In this document: positions 1-12,499 of the stretch, piece after piece
Layout of the letters: every line of letters begins with the position of its first letter
Numbering within the stretch: position 1 is the stretch's first letter
Assembly (NCBI RefSeq): GCF_036365525.1
Contig: NC_090412.1
Span: 22,016,029 to 22,080,028 of the forward strand
DNA length: 64,000 nt
Direction: 5' to 3'
Source of the DNA: Heterodontus francisci
Lineage: Eukaryota
Translations under genes and position numbers: made by a program
Notes under the pieces: generated by a model
Databases searched by the model: none
Seen by the model: the letters and a program-made list of their open reading frames with translations, nothing else
Told to the model about the DNA's origin: nothing

Positions 1-380
1 CCTCACAACAGTTAAGAAGTATTTAGATGTGCAGTTGAAACGCCGGAACATACAAGGCTATGGGACAAGTGCTAGAAAGTGGGTTTAGAATAGATAGGTG
101 CTTGATGGCCGGCACACACACGATGAGCCGAAGGGCCTGTTTCTATGTTGTATAACTCAATGACCCTACCCATTAACTAATCCTCAATCCATGCTGATAT
201 ATTAACCGAAGTCCAGGAGTCCTAATTTTGTATAATAACTGGTGTAGTACCTTATCGAATGTTTAATCCAAGTACACTACATTTACTGCTTTCCCCCCCC
301 CCCCAATCCCCCATCACCCTCAATCATCCTACTAGTTACATCCGCAGAAAAGCCCAACAGATTTGTAAAAGTAGTTAGAG
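1..380. mobile_element. CR1 LINE fragments (3' tail on +, then RT fragment on -)
   Basis: 1-160 resembles the CR1 3' tail also seen at 15165-15330; 165-380 resembles the antisense CR1 RT region seen at 44930-45110. Confidence 0.6.
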
Positions 381-423
381 ACCTTATACAGAGTTATTTA
401 ACTAGTTCTAACACTATTACTAA

Positions 424-860
424 TTAGTTGCCCCGCTCGGCAATTTGCGGCCTACTCGGCCGGGCTGCGTTACTCACAGGGGACACGGGAAAGGTCGGGC
501 TGCGAATAATCAGGGACGCTTCCTCCTCCTCCGCCACCGCCGAAAAGGCCAAAACCGGCGCGTAAACCTCCTCCGGTTCCCGAGTTGTCCATTTTCTTAT
601 TTTTTGCCGGGAAAATCGAGTAAAGAAAAAAACCAGCCGAATGCCTATCACCTCCTGCCGGGCTCACACTCACCGACCGCTTAAAACCATAGCAACCATA
701 CTCTGCGCGACACTTTACAGCAGTGCTACTACCTCACTTTACGATGACTTTGTCACGTTGCCGTCGCCATGATGGTGAGGGCACGACGTCATGTGAGCAC
801 GCGAGTAACAGCAGTGGAAAGTTGTATTGACTAATGCAGGTGAAGAAGGGGGTTGTGCAC
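424..860. promoter_or_regulatory. CpG-island promoter, probably bidirectional
   Basis: Locally high CpG density in an otherwise CpG-depleted window. RFX-type half sites CCATAGCAAC (687-696) and GTTGCCGTCGCCATG (757-771); CRE-like GACGTCA (~785-791). Minus-strand donor CG|GTGAGT at 673 and plus-strand gccATGATG|GTGAGG at 769-780. Confidence 0.7.
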
Positions 861-1036
861 ATTCCTATTTGTTAATCTTAATTGTAACAAATATAATTTT
901 AATATATTTTAAACTTGCTGTGTAGTGGCTTGCTGATGTGCTGTTCAAGAGGATTCTCGCTGCTACTGTCAGCAAAAAACACAAACTCCGCGGCCTGACC
1001 CGAGGAGAGCAAAACAAAGCCTCCCTGTATCCACCA

Positions 1037-2284
1037 ACATTGTTCCTCACTCTCCCGGGACACTGCTCAATGTACATTGTTCCTCACTCTCCCGGGACAC
1101 TGCTCAATGTACATTGTTCCTCACTCTCCCGGGACACTGCTCAATGTACATTGTTCCTCACTCTCCCGGGACACCGCCTCAATGTACATTGTTCCTCACT
1201 CTCCCGGGACACCGCCTCAATGTACATTGTTCCTCACTCTCCCGGGACACCGCCTCAATGTACATTGTTCCTCACTCTCCCGGGACACTGCTCAATGTAC
1301 ATTGTTCCTCACTCTCCCGGGACACTGCTCAATGTACATTGTTCCTCACTCTCCCGGGACACTGCCTCAATGTACATTGTTCCTCACTCTCCCGGGACAC
1401 TGCTCAATGTACATTGTTCCTCACTCTCCCGGGACACTGCTCAATGCACATTGTTCCTCACTCTCCCGGGACACTGCTCAATGTACATTGTTCCTCACTC
1501 TCCCGGGACACTGCTCAATGCACATTGTTCCTCACTCTCCCGGGACACTGCTCAATGTACATTGTTCCTCACTCTCCCGGGACACTGCTCAATGTACATT
1601 GTTCCTCACTCTCCCGGGACACTGCTCAATGTACATTGTTCCTCACTCTCCCGGGACACCGCCTCAATGTACATTGTTCCTCATTCTCCCGGGACACTGC
1701 TCAATGTACATTGTTCCTCACTCTCCCGGGACACCGCCTCAATGTACATTGTTCCTCATTCTCCCGGGACACTGCTCAATGTACATTGTTCCTCACTCTC
1801 CCGGGACACCGCCTCAATGTACATTGTTCCTCATTCTCCCGGGACACTGCTCAATGTACATTGTTCCTCACTCTCCCGGGACACCGCCTCAATGTACATT
1901 GTTCCTCACTCTCCCGGGACACCGCCTCAATGTACATTGTTCCTCACTCTCCCGGGACACCGCCTCAATGTACATTGTTCCTCACTCTCCCGGGACACCG
2001 CCTCAATGTACATTGTTCCTCACTCTCCCGGGACACCGCCTCAATGTACATTGTTCCTCACTCTCCCGGGACACCGCCTCAATGTACATTGTTCCTCACT
2101 CTCCCGGGACACCGCCTCAATGTACATTGTTCCTCACTCTCCCGGGACACCGGCTCAATGTACATTGTTCCTCACTCTCCCGGGACACTGCTCAATGTAC
2201 ATTGTTCCTCACTCTCCCGGGACACTGCTCAATGTACATTGTTCCTCACTCTCCCGGGACACTGCTCAATGTACATTGTTCCTC
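1037..2284 (+). repeat. 37/38-bp minisatellite, ~33 copies
   Basis: Unit CATTGTTCCTCACTCTCCCGGGACAC(TG/CGC)CTCAATGTA repeated head-to-tail with near identity and no spacers; degenerate CCTCTGGA repeats continue to ~2345. Confidence 0.98.
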
Positions 2285-2844
2285 TGGATACTGTGCCTCT
2301 GGATATTGCCTATCTGGAAACTTGCCTTCCCTCTGGACATTGTCTCTCTTTTTGGGCACTAAATTAGGCCATGGACTGCCCTTTTTCTAGGTGCTTATGA
2401 GGTCACATAAGGATTGAAAATGGGGTCTGAGATTGTGCACACGCTTCCAAAGGGAAGTGCGCAGGAAACAATCTTGGTAAAGGGGTTTGTGCGGGTGCCT
2501 AACAACCAGCAACAGCACACAGTGCGGCGAGATGATGACAAGTCTGTGTGTAATGCTGACTTGACAGCACCGCTGCTATTTACGAACTCCACACTCCAGC
2601 CAATGCCCTGTTTTAACCTCCCAAAGCTGAACACCAAGTTAAGTGGAATGAATGACACCCCCACCAGTGCTGTTTAAAGGGATCATGAACTACTGACAGG
2701 TTAGTTGCTGGATTATTTCTTCTGGTGTAATTATACATGTTTTTGGAGCTTTCCTATGCTTGGCTAAAGTTTGTACAGTCTACAGGTGGTGTCTGGCAGG
2801 TGTTGAAGTAAATTCTTGGTCATTTATTCAAGGAGCTATGCTTG

Positions 2845-3845
2845 GCCCCTCCTATTTCTCATCTGCCCCTTGGTGACATTGTCTGAAAACACAACCTCAG
2901 TTTTCACATGTACGCTGATGGCACCCAGCTCTACCTCACCATCTCTCGCGACTCCTCCACAATCTCTAAATTATCAGACTGCTTTTCTGACATCAGTACT
3001 GGATGAGCGGAAATTTCCTCCAAGTAAATCCTAGGAAGATCGAAGCTATTGTCTTCGGTTCCCGCCACAAATTCCGCTCCCCAGCAACTGACTCCATCTC
3101 TCCCCCCTGGCAACTGTCTGAGGCCGAACCAGACTGCAATCCTGGGGTCATATTTGACCCCAAGACAAGCTTCTGGTCACATACCTGGGGCATCACTAAG
3201 ACCGCCTATATCTACTTCCTGAACATCACCCGGCTCTGCCCTTACCTCAGCTCTTCTTCTGCTGAAACCCTCATCGAAGCCTTTGTTACCTCTAGACTTG
3301 ACTATTCCAATGCACTCGTGGCCAGTTCTACCCTTCATAAACTTGAGATAATCCAAAACGCTGCTGCCCGTGTCATCACTTGCACCAGGGCCCATTCACC
3401 ATCACCCCTGTCCTCGCTAGCCTTCATTGGCTCCCAGTTAAGCAATGCCAAGATATGAAAGCCCTCCATGGCCTCACCTCTCCCTAACTCTGTAATCTGC
3501 ACCAGCCCCACAACGCTCTGAGATATCTGCTCTGCACTCCTCTAATTCTGGCCTCTTGGGCATCCCCAATTTTAATTGCTCCACCATTGGTGTCCGTGCC
3601 TTCAACAGCCAAGGCCCTACACTCTGGAATTCCCTCCCTAAACCTCTGTGCCTCTCTACCTCTCTTTCCTCCTGTAGGTCACTCCTTAAAACCTACCTGT
3701 TTGACCAAGCTTTTGGTCATCTGCTCTAATATCCACTTATGTGTTTTGGTGTCAAACTTTGCTTTTATAACACTCCTGTGAAGTGTCTTGGGACATTTTA
3801 TTACGATAAAGGTACTATACAAGTACAAGGTGGTGTTATTGTTGT
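2845..3845 (+). mobile_element. L2 LINE 3' fragment
   Basis: Degenerate YADD-type region followed by the typical L2 C-terminus (ETLIEAFVTSRLDYSNAL, LEIIQNAAARV) and an L2-type 3' tail. Confidence 0.85.
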
Positions 3846-3859
3846 ATTTAAAATCTTGT

Positions 3860-4800
3860 CCTGAAACATGTTGCTTCCAGATATGGGTGGCCTGGTAGGG
3901 CTTCTTCTGGGAATTGAACATGACTGGGAGAATGAAGAGAGGCCACAAAGAGCAGGCCAAGCTGCCAGAAGATGGAGGAGGATAACGAGGTGGAGAAAGG
4001 CTCTTAGCCAGAGGCGATATCTGCTGAGGGTCTTCAGGGAGCAATTCTCTTACCTGTGCTACAGCAAGGACTGATGTGGGAGCTCTCAAAAGAGGTTGTG
4101 ACTGACATCTGTCAAGTGCTGTAGCCACTACTGCAGCCTCAAAGCAGGGCAAGGACAGCACTGGCTGTGGCGTTCAATGGTGAATAGCTGCCAGTGTGTG
4201 TGTGAGTTATGGTGTAAGACTTGCAATAGTGCTATGTATGTGAGAGTGAGGTAAACCATATGAATTGAAAAGATGAGTACTGATTGATATAAATTGTTGG
4301 TAGGTGGATGATGGGGTATAGTGAATTGAGCAATGGATGAGGCTAGTGATGCAGTTGGTAGGATATGGTACTTGAAGACTGAACTCGCTCACCTTGACAA
4401 CTTGTGTCACATCATTAAACTTCTTCCTGCACTGCATCCATGTTCTTAGAGCTACATTCCTGGCAGTAACCTGTCACTATTCCCACTGCCTCCTGAGCAT
4501 ATGTCTGTAGGTCCTCCTGACCCCAGTGGATACAGGATGTCACTCTTTCTCTCCCCATCTTACACTAAGACCTCTAGTGCATTTCCAGAAAGCTTTTGTG
4601 CATGTTCTGTCCCATGTTCATCCATTTCTCAGAGAGTCACAGAATGGTATCAATTTTCAGAGGACTCCCACCACTTCCTGCAGCCACTTTGCACCTCCCT
4701 GTTAAGAGGTGTGGGCTGCCTTTAAGTAGTGCGAACTACTGGGGTATCTATTTAAGACAGCATCACAATGAATGGTTGAGGGTTAATTGCGTACTGCCAC
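3860..4800. mobile_element. Degenerate PIF/Harbinger transposon remnant
   Basis: The plus strand encodes HARBI1-nuclease-like N-terminal fragments (RRRYLLRVFREQFSYL; KEVVTDICQVL..LQPQSRARTAL). The minus strand encodes a Myb/SANT-like motif (QCRKKFNDV, ORF 4207-4437). These are the two genes typical of Harbinger elements. Confidence 0.6.
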
Positions 4801-5432
4801 CCCACACTCGTTTTCAGTGGTAATCCAATTTAAGTCCCTATGCTTCTCTCTGACACTAGGATTGTCAGCTCTGGTTGGATGAACTCCTGGAGATTTCATC
4901 ACAAAACCTTGCATTTTAAACCAAATCTGTTGCTTACAAGCAACACACATGGTTGCAAACAGCATTAGTGTCCATTGTAAACAGTCAAATTACTACTAAA
5001 CTTACAGGTTCATTTTGCAATTTGAGGATTGCCTGGTTTTATCACACCTGTGTCTGATCCAAATGGAAATGAGTGTGAGGCAATGACAGATTTTATGCTG
5101 CGCCCTTTAACAATTGGGTTGAGACTGTCCAAATTTTTCACAACCACCAGAGAAAGGGCTTTATCATGCCTTTAGTTAGCATTTCCTACATTACAACAGT
5201 GACTGCACTTCAAACGTATTTTATTGGCTGGAAAGTGCTTTGGGACATCCTGAGGTTGTGATAGGTGCTACAAGTTATTTCTCTCTCTCTCTCTGTCTTT
5301 CTTCTCTTCCTTTCTTTCCCTTCCCTTTGAACAATTTGTGACATTGCCCTGTCGCTTCCATTGAACATTCAAATAAATACCAAGACTCACAGGTTTGAAT
5401 AAACACAGGCAGCACTTTTCCCTTCAAAAGCT

Positions 5433-5438
5433 TTTATT
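5433..5438 (-). terminator. Polyadenylation signal of the protease gene
   Basis: AATAAA on the minus strand ~90 nt downstream of the TGA stop at 5526-5528. Confidence 0.6.
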
Positions 5439-5525
5439 TTTATGGAAAAATTAACACTTCACAGCACTTCCTGTTTGCATAAATTAATTTCTGAGCTGAA
5501 GGTGCAGCCAACGTTGGACTTGGCT

Positions 5526-5705
5526 TCAGTCAAAGAAGTAATCCCATATCCTCGTCTTCTCAATCCAGGGGAGGTAGGCAGTGGTTCTGGTAAACACACT
5601 GGGCTTGTTCTCAACTGTGCAGCCAATGGGTCCAAAACTGACCACCCCGTGGACCTCCCACTTGTGCGAGCCAAGCTGACAGAGAAGAGGCCCACCAGAG
5701 TCCCC
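5526..5705 (-). CDS. zgc:112285: S1A serine protease (CELA2/chymotrypsin-like) exon 6 (last), catalytic Ser
   Basis: Acceptor tttcag, phase 0. Encodes [59 protein letters not shown]. Confidence 0.95.
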   Translation of the reverse strand, partial: GDSGGPLLCQLGSHKWEVHGVVSFGPIGCTVENKPSVFTRTTAYLPWIEKTRIWDYFFD

Positions 5706-5722
5706 CTGAAACACATGGTATT

Positions 5723-6121
5723 GCACAGTGAATCCCAGTAACACTCCCTCACACACAGTGCATCCCAGTAACACACCATCACATGCAGTGCATCCCAGTA
5801 ACACACCATCACACACAGTGCATCCCAGTAACACACCATCACATGCAGTGCATCCCAGTAACACACCATCAGACACAGTGAATCCCAGTAACACACCATC
5901 AGACACAGTGAATCCCAGCAACACGCCATCAGACACAGTGAATCCCAGTAACACACCATCACACACAGTGAATCCCAGTAACACACCATCACAGATAGAG
6001 AATCCCAGTAACACACCATCACACACAGTGAATCCCAGTAACACACCATCACACACAGTGAATCCCAGTAACACACCATCACAGACAGAGAATCCCAGTA
6101 ACACACCATCACACACAGTGA
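5723..6121 (+). repeat. 30-bp minisatellite, ~13 copies, in protease intron 5
   Basis: Unit CACAGTG(A/C)ATCCCAGTAACACACCATCA(C/G)A in tandem. Confidence 0.97.
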
Positions 6122-6382
6122 TTAAGCACATTGGCCGACCTCCCCTTCCACAAAAGAGCTGAAGCTTACACTTTCAACTGTTCACCAGTGGTAATCAGCA
6201 GACTCAATGATTGAAATGGAGATCAGCAGCTCAGAGTGGAGCATTTACTGTTAGAACAGCCTCTGAACTGTAATTGTGCCTTTCGTATGAAACTTCAAAA
6301 TTTAACACTTAATATGTCCCTGCCGTTTTAAAAAGGGTGAAACGGGGAGGGGAATGTTAAGATACAACCCATTTCCAGTTAC

Positions 6383-6546
6383 CTGACAAGCAGCAGGAGG
6401 CCCCTCTGTATCTTTGAAACCAGCACAGATCATCGTGTTCCGCACTCGGTCCCCCCAGAATTTCTTCATTTTGCAGGTTTGGTGATCAATGATTGGCAGC
6501 CTGGCTTGGTTCAGGACTTCAGATAGTGTGACATTTTCCTTTTGTC
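6383..6546 (-). CDS. zgc:112285: Serine protease exon 5
   Basis: aaacag acceptor, gtaact donor; 164 nt. Encodes (G)QKENVTLSEVLNQARLPIIDHQTCKMKKFWGDRVRNTMICAGFKDTEGPPAACQ; phases match both neighbours. Confidence 0.95.
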
Positions 6547-6698
6547 CTGTTTTATAAAAGGAACAAGACAGTCTTCCATATTACTTGGCTTGTCTAATAC
6601 CTTGCTCCTACTCATGTCTGGAATGACGTACATTTTGTTCTATCACGTCGTGTGTTATTTAAGCTTGGCACGATTGAAATATTAGTGTATATCCAACC

Positions 6699-7090
6699 AT
6701 AGCTCAGTTGGTAGCCCTCTCTCCTTTGAGTCCGAGGGTTGTGAGCTCCAGAAACCTCAATGCACAATTCAGGCAAACACCCCCAGTGAAGTACCGAGGG
6801 AGTGCTGCTCCGTCGGAGGTGCCTTCTTTTGGATGAGATATTGAACTAAGGTCCTGTCTGCCCTCTAAGGTGGACAGAAAAGATTCCATGGCCAATATTG
6901 GCCAAGATGCCCTGGCCAGTATTTATCCCTCAACCAACATCCCTAAAACTGATGATTATTTTGTTTATGGGAGCTCGCTGTGCACAATTCGGCTGTGGTG
7001 TTTCTTACGTTACACCGGTGACTACATTTCAAAAGTACTTCATTGGCTGTAAAGTGATTTGGGATGTCTTATGAGTTTGAAAGGTGCTAC
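6699..7090 (+). mobile_element. tRNA-derived Deu-domain SINE (SacSINE1-like)
   Basis: A-box-like TAGCTCAGTTGGTAG head, Deu-like core (GATGAGAT..AAC..GGTCCTGTCTGCCCTCT..GGTGGA) and L2-type tail; similar copies at 25389, 37560 and 58360. Confidence 0.7.
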
Positions 7091-7589
7091 AGGAAAGGTA
7101 AACATTCTTTCTTTCCTTGCAAATAGCAACAGGGTTTAACCAGCGGAAATTGTAACAAGAACACATTCCACTGCTTTCTTTGACTTGCACCTTCATCACT
7201 GTCAGTTAATCATCTGCTATCTAACTAATGACAGACCTCTCTTTTTCTTTCTTCCTGTCCCCTTGCCCTGGCTTTGTTCCTCCTTATAAACTGTTCATTT
7301 GTGACATCTTTCTAGTTCTGTCAAAAGGTTGTCAATCTGAAAAGTTAACCCTACCTTCCTCTCTCCACCGACACTGCCTGACCTGCTGAGTGTTTCCAGC
7401 ATTTTCTGCTTTTTATTTCAGAAATCCAAGTACTTGACCACAGCAGCTGTGGGAGTGCAGAAAGGCCTAAGAGTAGGTAGTGGGACACTGACATGCCAGA
7501 TGTTCACAAAGTGATGTTCACAACCAAACATCTGTATACAGGATCAGAATTCAAGGGGTCTGGGAGAGAGAGGTCCACTGACAACAGAA

Positions 7590-9060
7590 TAGGATCATAG
7601 GAAATAGGAGTGTGAGTAGGCCATTCGGCCCTTTGAGCCTGTTCTGCCATTCAAACAGATCATGGCTGATCATCCACCTCTCCTGCATTTCTCCCCACTA
7701 TCCCCATATCCCTTGATGCCATTAGTATCCAGAAATCTATTGATTTCTGCCTTGAACGTGCTGCTTCCACAGCCCTCTGAGGTAGAGAATTCCACAGATT
7801 CACCACACTCTGACTAAAGAATTTCCTCCTCATCTCAGTGTTAAATGGCCAACCCCTTATTCTCAGACTGTGTCCCCGTGTTCTAGACTCGCCAGATGGT
7901 AGGAAACATCCTATCCACATCTACCCTGTCACACCCTGTAAGAATTTTGTAAGTTTCAATGAGATCACCTCTCATTCCTTGAAACGCTAGAGAATACAGG
8001 CCCAGTTTCTGTGATCTCATAAGACAATCCTGCCATCCCGGGGATTAGTCTGGTGAACCTCCGTTGCACTCTCTCTATGGCAAGTATATCCTTCATTAGA
8101 TAAGGAGACCAAAAGTGTACACAATACTCCAGGTGCAGTCTCACCAAGGCTTTATACAACTGCAGCAATACATCTTTATTCCTGTACTCAAATCCCCTTG
8201 CAATGAAGGCCAACATAACATTAGCCTTCTTAATTGCTTGCTGCACCTGCACACTAGCTTTTAGTGACTCATGAACAAGGATACCCAGGTCTCTTTGGAC
8301 ATCTGCACTTCCCAACCTCTCACCATTTAAGAAATACTGTGCCTTTCTGTTTTTTTCTACCAAAGTGGATCACTTTACACTTGCATTATATTTCATCAGC
8401 CATGTTCTTGCCCATTCACTGAGCCTGTCCAAATTCCCTTGAAGCCTCCTTGCATCCTGCTCACAACTTACACTCCCTTCTATGTCATCAGCAAATTTGG
8501 AAATATTACAATTGGTCCCCATATCCAAATCATTTATATAGATTGTGTACAGCTGTGGCCTAAGCACTGATCCTTGTGGTACCCCACTAGTAACAGACTG
8601 CCGTCCTGAGAATGACCCATTTATTCCTAATCTCTGCTTTCTGCCTGTTAACGAATTTTCAACCCATTGTAGTATATTATCCCCCATCCCATGTGCTCTA
8701 ATTTTGTTTGCTAACCAGTGTGGGATCTTATTAAAAGTCTTCTGAAAATCCAAATACACCACAGCCAGTGGTTCTCCTTTATCTATGCTACAAGTAACAT
8801 CCTCAAAAAACTCCAACAGGTTTGTCAAACATGATTTCCCTTTCACAAATCCATGTTGACTCTAGTCAATCATATCATTATTTTCCAAGTGTCCAGTTAT
8901 CTCATCCTTTATAATAGATTCGAACATTTTCCCTACTACTGATGTTAAACTAACAGGTCTGTAGTTCTCCATTTTCTCTCTCACTCCCTTCTTAAATAGT
9001 GGGGTTACATTTGCTACTTTTCAGTTTGCAGGAACCCTTCCCGAATCAGTAGAATTTTGA
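7590..9060 (-). mobile_element. CR1 LINE, 5'-truncated and frameshifted
   Basis: RT motifs KSCLTNLLEFFE, YLDFQK, GVPQGSVL, FADD, LEYCVHFWSP across ORFs 7660-8846, plus a CR1 3' tail. Confidence 0.92.
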
Positions 9061-10404
9061 AAGAATAGGTGCATGAAATATTCCTTCTGGAACATTCTTT
9101 TGTATTGTTGCAGTGATTTGAATTGGTAAAAAGCAAATTTAGAGCTGAGATCAAATTCATTGTCACACAAGGAGTGATTCATGCACAGAATAGACTCGCG
9201 GATAGACCCTAGATTCAATTGGGTTGGGGAATCTTCAGGGTCTTTCTGGGTGGATGAATGAAGATAGATTGAATGGCAAAGTAGCACATTGAGATGCAGC
9301 TGCACCTGTGCTTTTAGTATACTCTGAGAGCACTGATCAAAGTTCTTACAGCCCTTGTGGTGCTGATCCAGATATGATACTGTGGAGGACTATCAGTCAC
9401 AGCCACATCTCTGAAAGAGGGTGAAATCTGGCCCAAAGTAGCCAATGCTCAGACCAGCTTGTCTGCACAACTTCAGATTGTTCTGCATCCAGCAGTAGGA
9501 AAAGGGAATTCTCTGCATCCTGAAAGAACAGGGCTGCATCAGTGGATGAATTCCAAGACTTGTAGCCTACTGAGCTTATGCTGGCAAGTTGGCCTAAGCT
9601 TTCTTGACGGCTGTCACTGATCTACAGGTTTTTACAACTACCTTTGCTGTACAGTTACTCAGAATAACTCGCATGTGATGAGAAGACAAGCAGCTTTGCA
9701 TATTCATAGAGTAGAAGTGAGCAAGCAACTACATGGGCAATCCTTTCCAGTGATGTTATTGACCTCAGTTTCCCAGATGTCCTATTGTGGTTTGGTGGCA
9801 CAGCCCATTGGATGGATAGCTGAGCATTTCTGCAGGAGTTATGCCTTATCATTTTGATTGTTTTCATTTTTAACTGTAAATTAATGTGAGAAGTGCCACT
9901 TTATATTTTGCTAAGATAATGATAAAGGAAATGATAATTGTCAAACGTAATATGCAGCAGATAGTTTTGAAAATTTTGGAGGACTTTTTGCATTCTTTCA
10001 AGGATGTGGGCATCGCTGGCAAGGCCAGCATTTGTTGCTCATCCCTAACTTCCCTTGACAACCGAGTGACTTGCTAGGCCATTTCTGAAGGCAGTTAAGA
10101 GTCAACCACATTGCTGTGGGTCTGGAGTCACATGTCGGCCAGACCAGGTAAGGATGGCAGATTTCCTTCCCTCAAGGACATTAGTGAACCAGATGTGTTT
10201 ATCTACTGGCAATCGATTTCAAGGCACCATTACTGAGACTAGCTTTCAATTCCAGATTTTTATTAATTACTTGAATTTTTAAATTCCGCCAACTGCCGTG
10301 GTGGGATTTAAACCCTTGTCCATTAGCCTGGGCCTCCAGATTACTATTTCAGAGAAGTTACCACTACGCTACCGTCACCCCTCAAGGTAGCAGGTCAGCT
10401 TTTA

Positions 10405-10737
10405 GCAAAGAACAAAGAACAGTACAGCACAGGAACAGGCCATTCGGCCCTCCAAGCCTGCGCCGATCATGATGCCTGTCTAAACTAAAACCTTCTGCAC
10501 TTCCGGGGACTGTATCTCTCTATTCCCATTCTATTCATGTATTTGTCAAGATGCCTCTTAAACGTCGCTCTCATACCTGCTTCCATCACCTCCCCCGGCA
10601 GCAAGTTCCAGGCACTCACCACCCTCTGTGTAAAAAAACTTGCCTCGCACATCCCCTTTAAACTTTGCCCTTCGCACCTTAACCCTATGTCCCCTAGTAA
10701 CTGACTGTTCCACCCTGGGAAAAAGCTTCTGACTATC
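10405..10737 (-). mobile_element. Young CR1-family 3' end
   Basis: FFTQRVVSAWNLLP C-terminus and (TTCTTTG)n tail, near-identical to copies at 23095, 39894 and 41558. Confidence 0.9.
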
Positions 10738-11130
10738 CTTTTGGAGGGATCTTCATTTGTACAAAAATAAAGTATAGGAAAAGACCAGCTGCTCCAACAA
10801 GCCTGGCCCGACCTATCATGTTGCAACTTTGGCATTCCTGATCCCATTCCCTCCCCCACCAAGCCAGCCACTCAACCCCCTGAGAAAGGCAAAACAAAAC
10901 ACAGAAAAATAAAATCCTAGGCAAATTTAAGGGGAGAAAAATTTCATGAAATTCCTCTCCAACCCTCAAAGATCATCAACCCAAGTTCCAGGAGACCATG
11001 GTGACTGGACAACACGTACTCTCCCCCCCCCTCTCCCTGTTTTGGATTTCAATCCATGTTCGAGAGGCAATAGTAGGATGTTGCGTCGCTTTCACCCACT
11101 CAATCCTAGTTCCTCAAGCTGTTCCCTTAC

Positions 11131-11411
11131 CTCTGGTGGCACCCCAGCCTGTAGCCCAGCACAGATGCCCAGGCCGCAGTTGGCTGGCCTTCCCAGGCAT
11201 GCATGCATATCGGATGTAGCTGGTTTGTGGAATGTCCACTGCTGGTCTCACCATGGCGATGTCATAGTCAATTTCGTTGAGGAGCGGGTAGTGGAAACGT
11301 TCATGTCTGTAGATTCTTTTCACACGATAGATTTTCTCTGTCCGTTCAGTACGGTTCAGGTTATGTTTACCAAGGACAATACGCCAATTAGCAGCATCCT
11401 CTGCTTTGCCT
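11131..11411 (-). CDS. zgc:112285: Serine protease exon 4, catalytic Asp
   Basis: ttccag acceptor, gtaagg donor; 281 nt. Encodes GKAEDAANWRIVLGKHNL...DYDIAMV...CWATGWGATR. Confidence 0.95.
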
Positions 11412-12404
11412 CTGGAATGGACAATGGTTTGGGTCAAGCTTCCAAGATAAATGACTTAATGTTAGAATTACTGAATTATCTTGTAGTTTTAAATGTAAAT
11501 GGAGGTATTACATTGATCAGTGTCTCTTTGTCAGCTCATGTGCTTTGTTTCACTTTAATGTTGATCATGAAGGCTGTTTAGACCGACATCTGTCGGTCAA
11601 TGAGCCCTTCCTCACATCCCCTGCCACCCCCCCCCCCCCACCCTCCCCTCAAAGAAAGGAATTAGGCCCTCAAATTGCAAGAGCCACAAACCTCATGCCC
11701 TGCAGCATTGAACCTGCTGGAATACATTGAGTGGGCATCCTTGGGCCCAATGGGCACACATGCCATTATGGAGCATTTAGCCACTACCAGCTCCACCACT
11801 GACAGAAACTCTGGCACCTGCTGGCATGTTGGAGTGGAATGCCTGGTGTCCCATTACCACCCCTCCCTCCAAACAAATGAGGTCTCTGCCGCTTCTACCT
11901 TTACAAGGGGGCCAATAATATTTTAAGAAGACATTTAGCTTTCAGGGGTCGAAGCTGCTATCCTGGCTTGGGCCCACCCCACCCCACCACTCCCTCCATA
12001 CCCCCATGGACTCCAGGTGTACAGGCCTTCAACCTTGTACCAGGTCCCACTTGGCTCAGGGAAGCTGGAACTTGTAATATCAGAGGTCCCTGCTGCTGGC
12101 CAGGCCCCCAGCTCAGGACATTTGTATTTGTATGGAGTAAGGCCAAACATAATCGGGGTCCCGGCCTCTATCTCAGCCCTTCTGCTTCACTACCTCTGGA
12201 GTTACACCTGAAGAGACAAGCTTTCAGCGATATGTAAACACATAATGGGTAGACACAACCACGGATAGAATGATTCAGCCACATTATCGCCAATTCTGTG
12301 GGCCACTGTTCACAGATCCACTGGAACATTAATGCAGACACACTGCCCTAGTCCTACTGTGGTGTGTTATTTGAACACGGTGTCACAAGCCTTTATTCAC
12401 TTAC

Positions 12405-12499
12405 TTTTGAAAGCAGTGTGCTGCAGTCAGGACCCAGCGTCTGTGAATGAGGGTCCCACCACATACATGGCTGTAGGACCTACTGCCTCTGGGACGAAC
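12405..12499 (-). CDS. zgc:112285: Serine protease exon 3, catalytic His
   Basis: tgctag acceptor, gtaagt donor; 95 nt. Encodes [31 protein letters not shown](K). Confidence 0.95.

Noticed and set aside
938-2390. Three overlapping 417-474 aa ORFs / CRISPR-like array
   Set aside because: The ORFs arise from a stop-free tandem unit whose length is not a multiple of 3. Units abut with no unique spacers, there are no cas genes, and the context is eukaryotic.
5459-6162. Repetitive ORFs ([29 protein letters not shown])
   Set aside because: Translations of the 30-bp minisatellite; only 5526-5705 is a real exon, bounded by a canonical acceptor.
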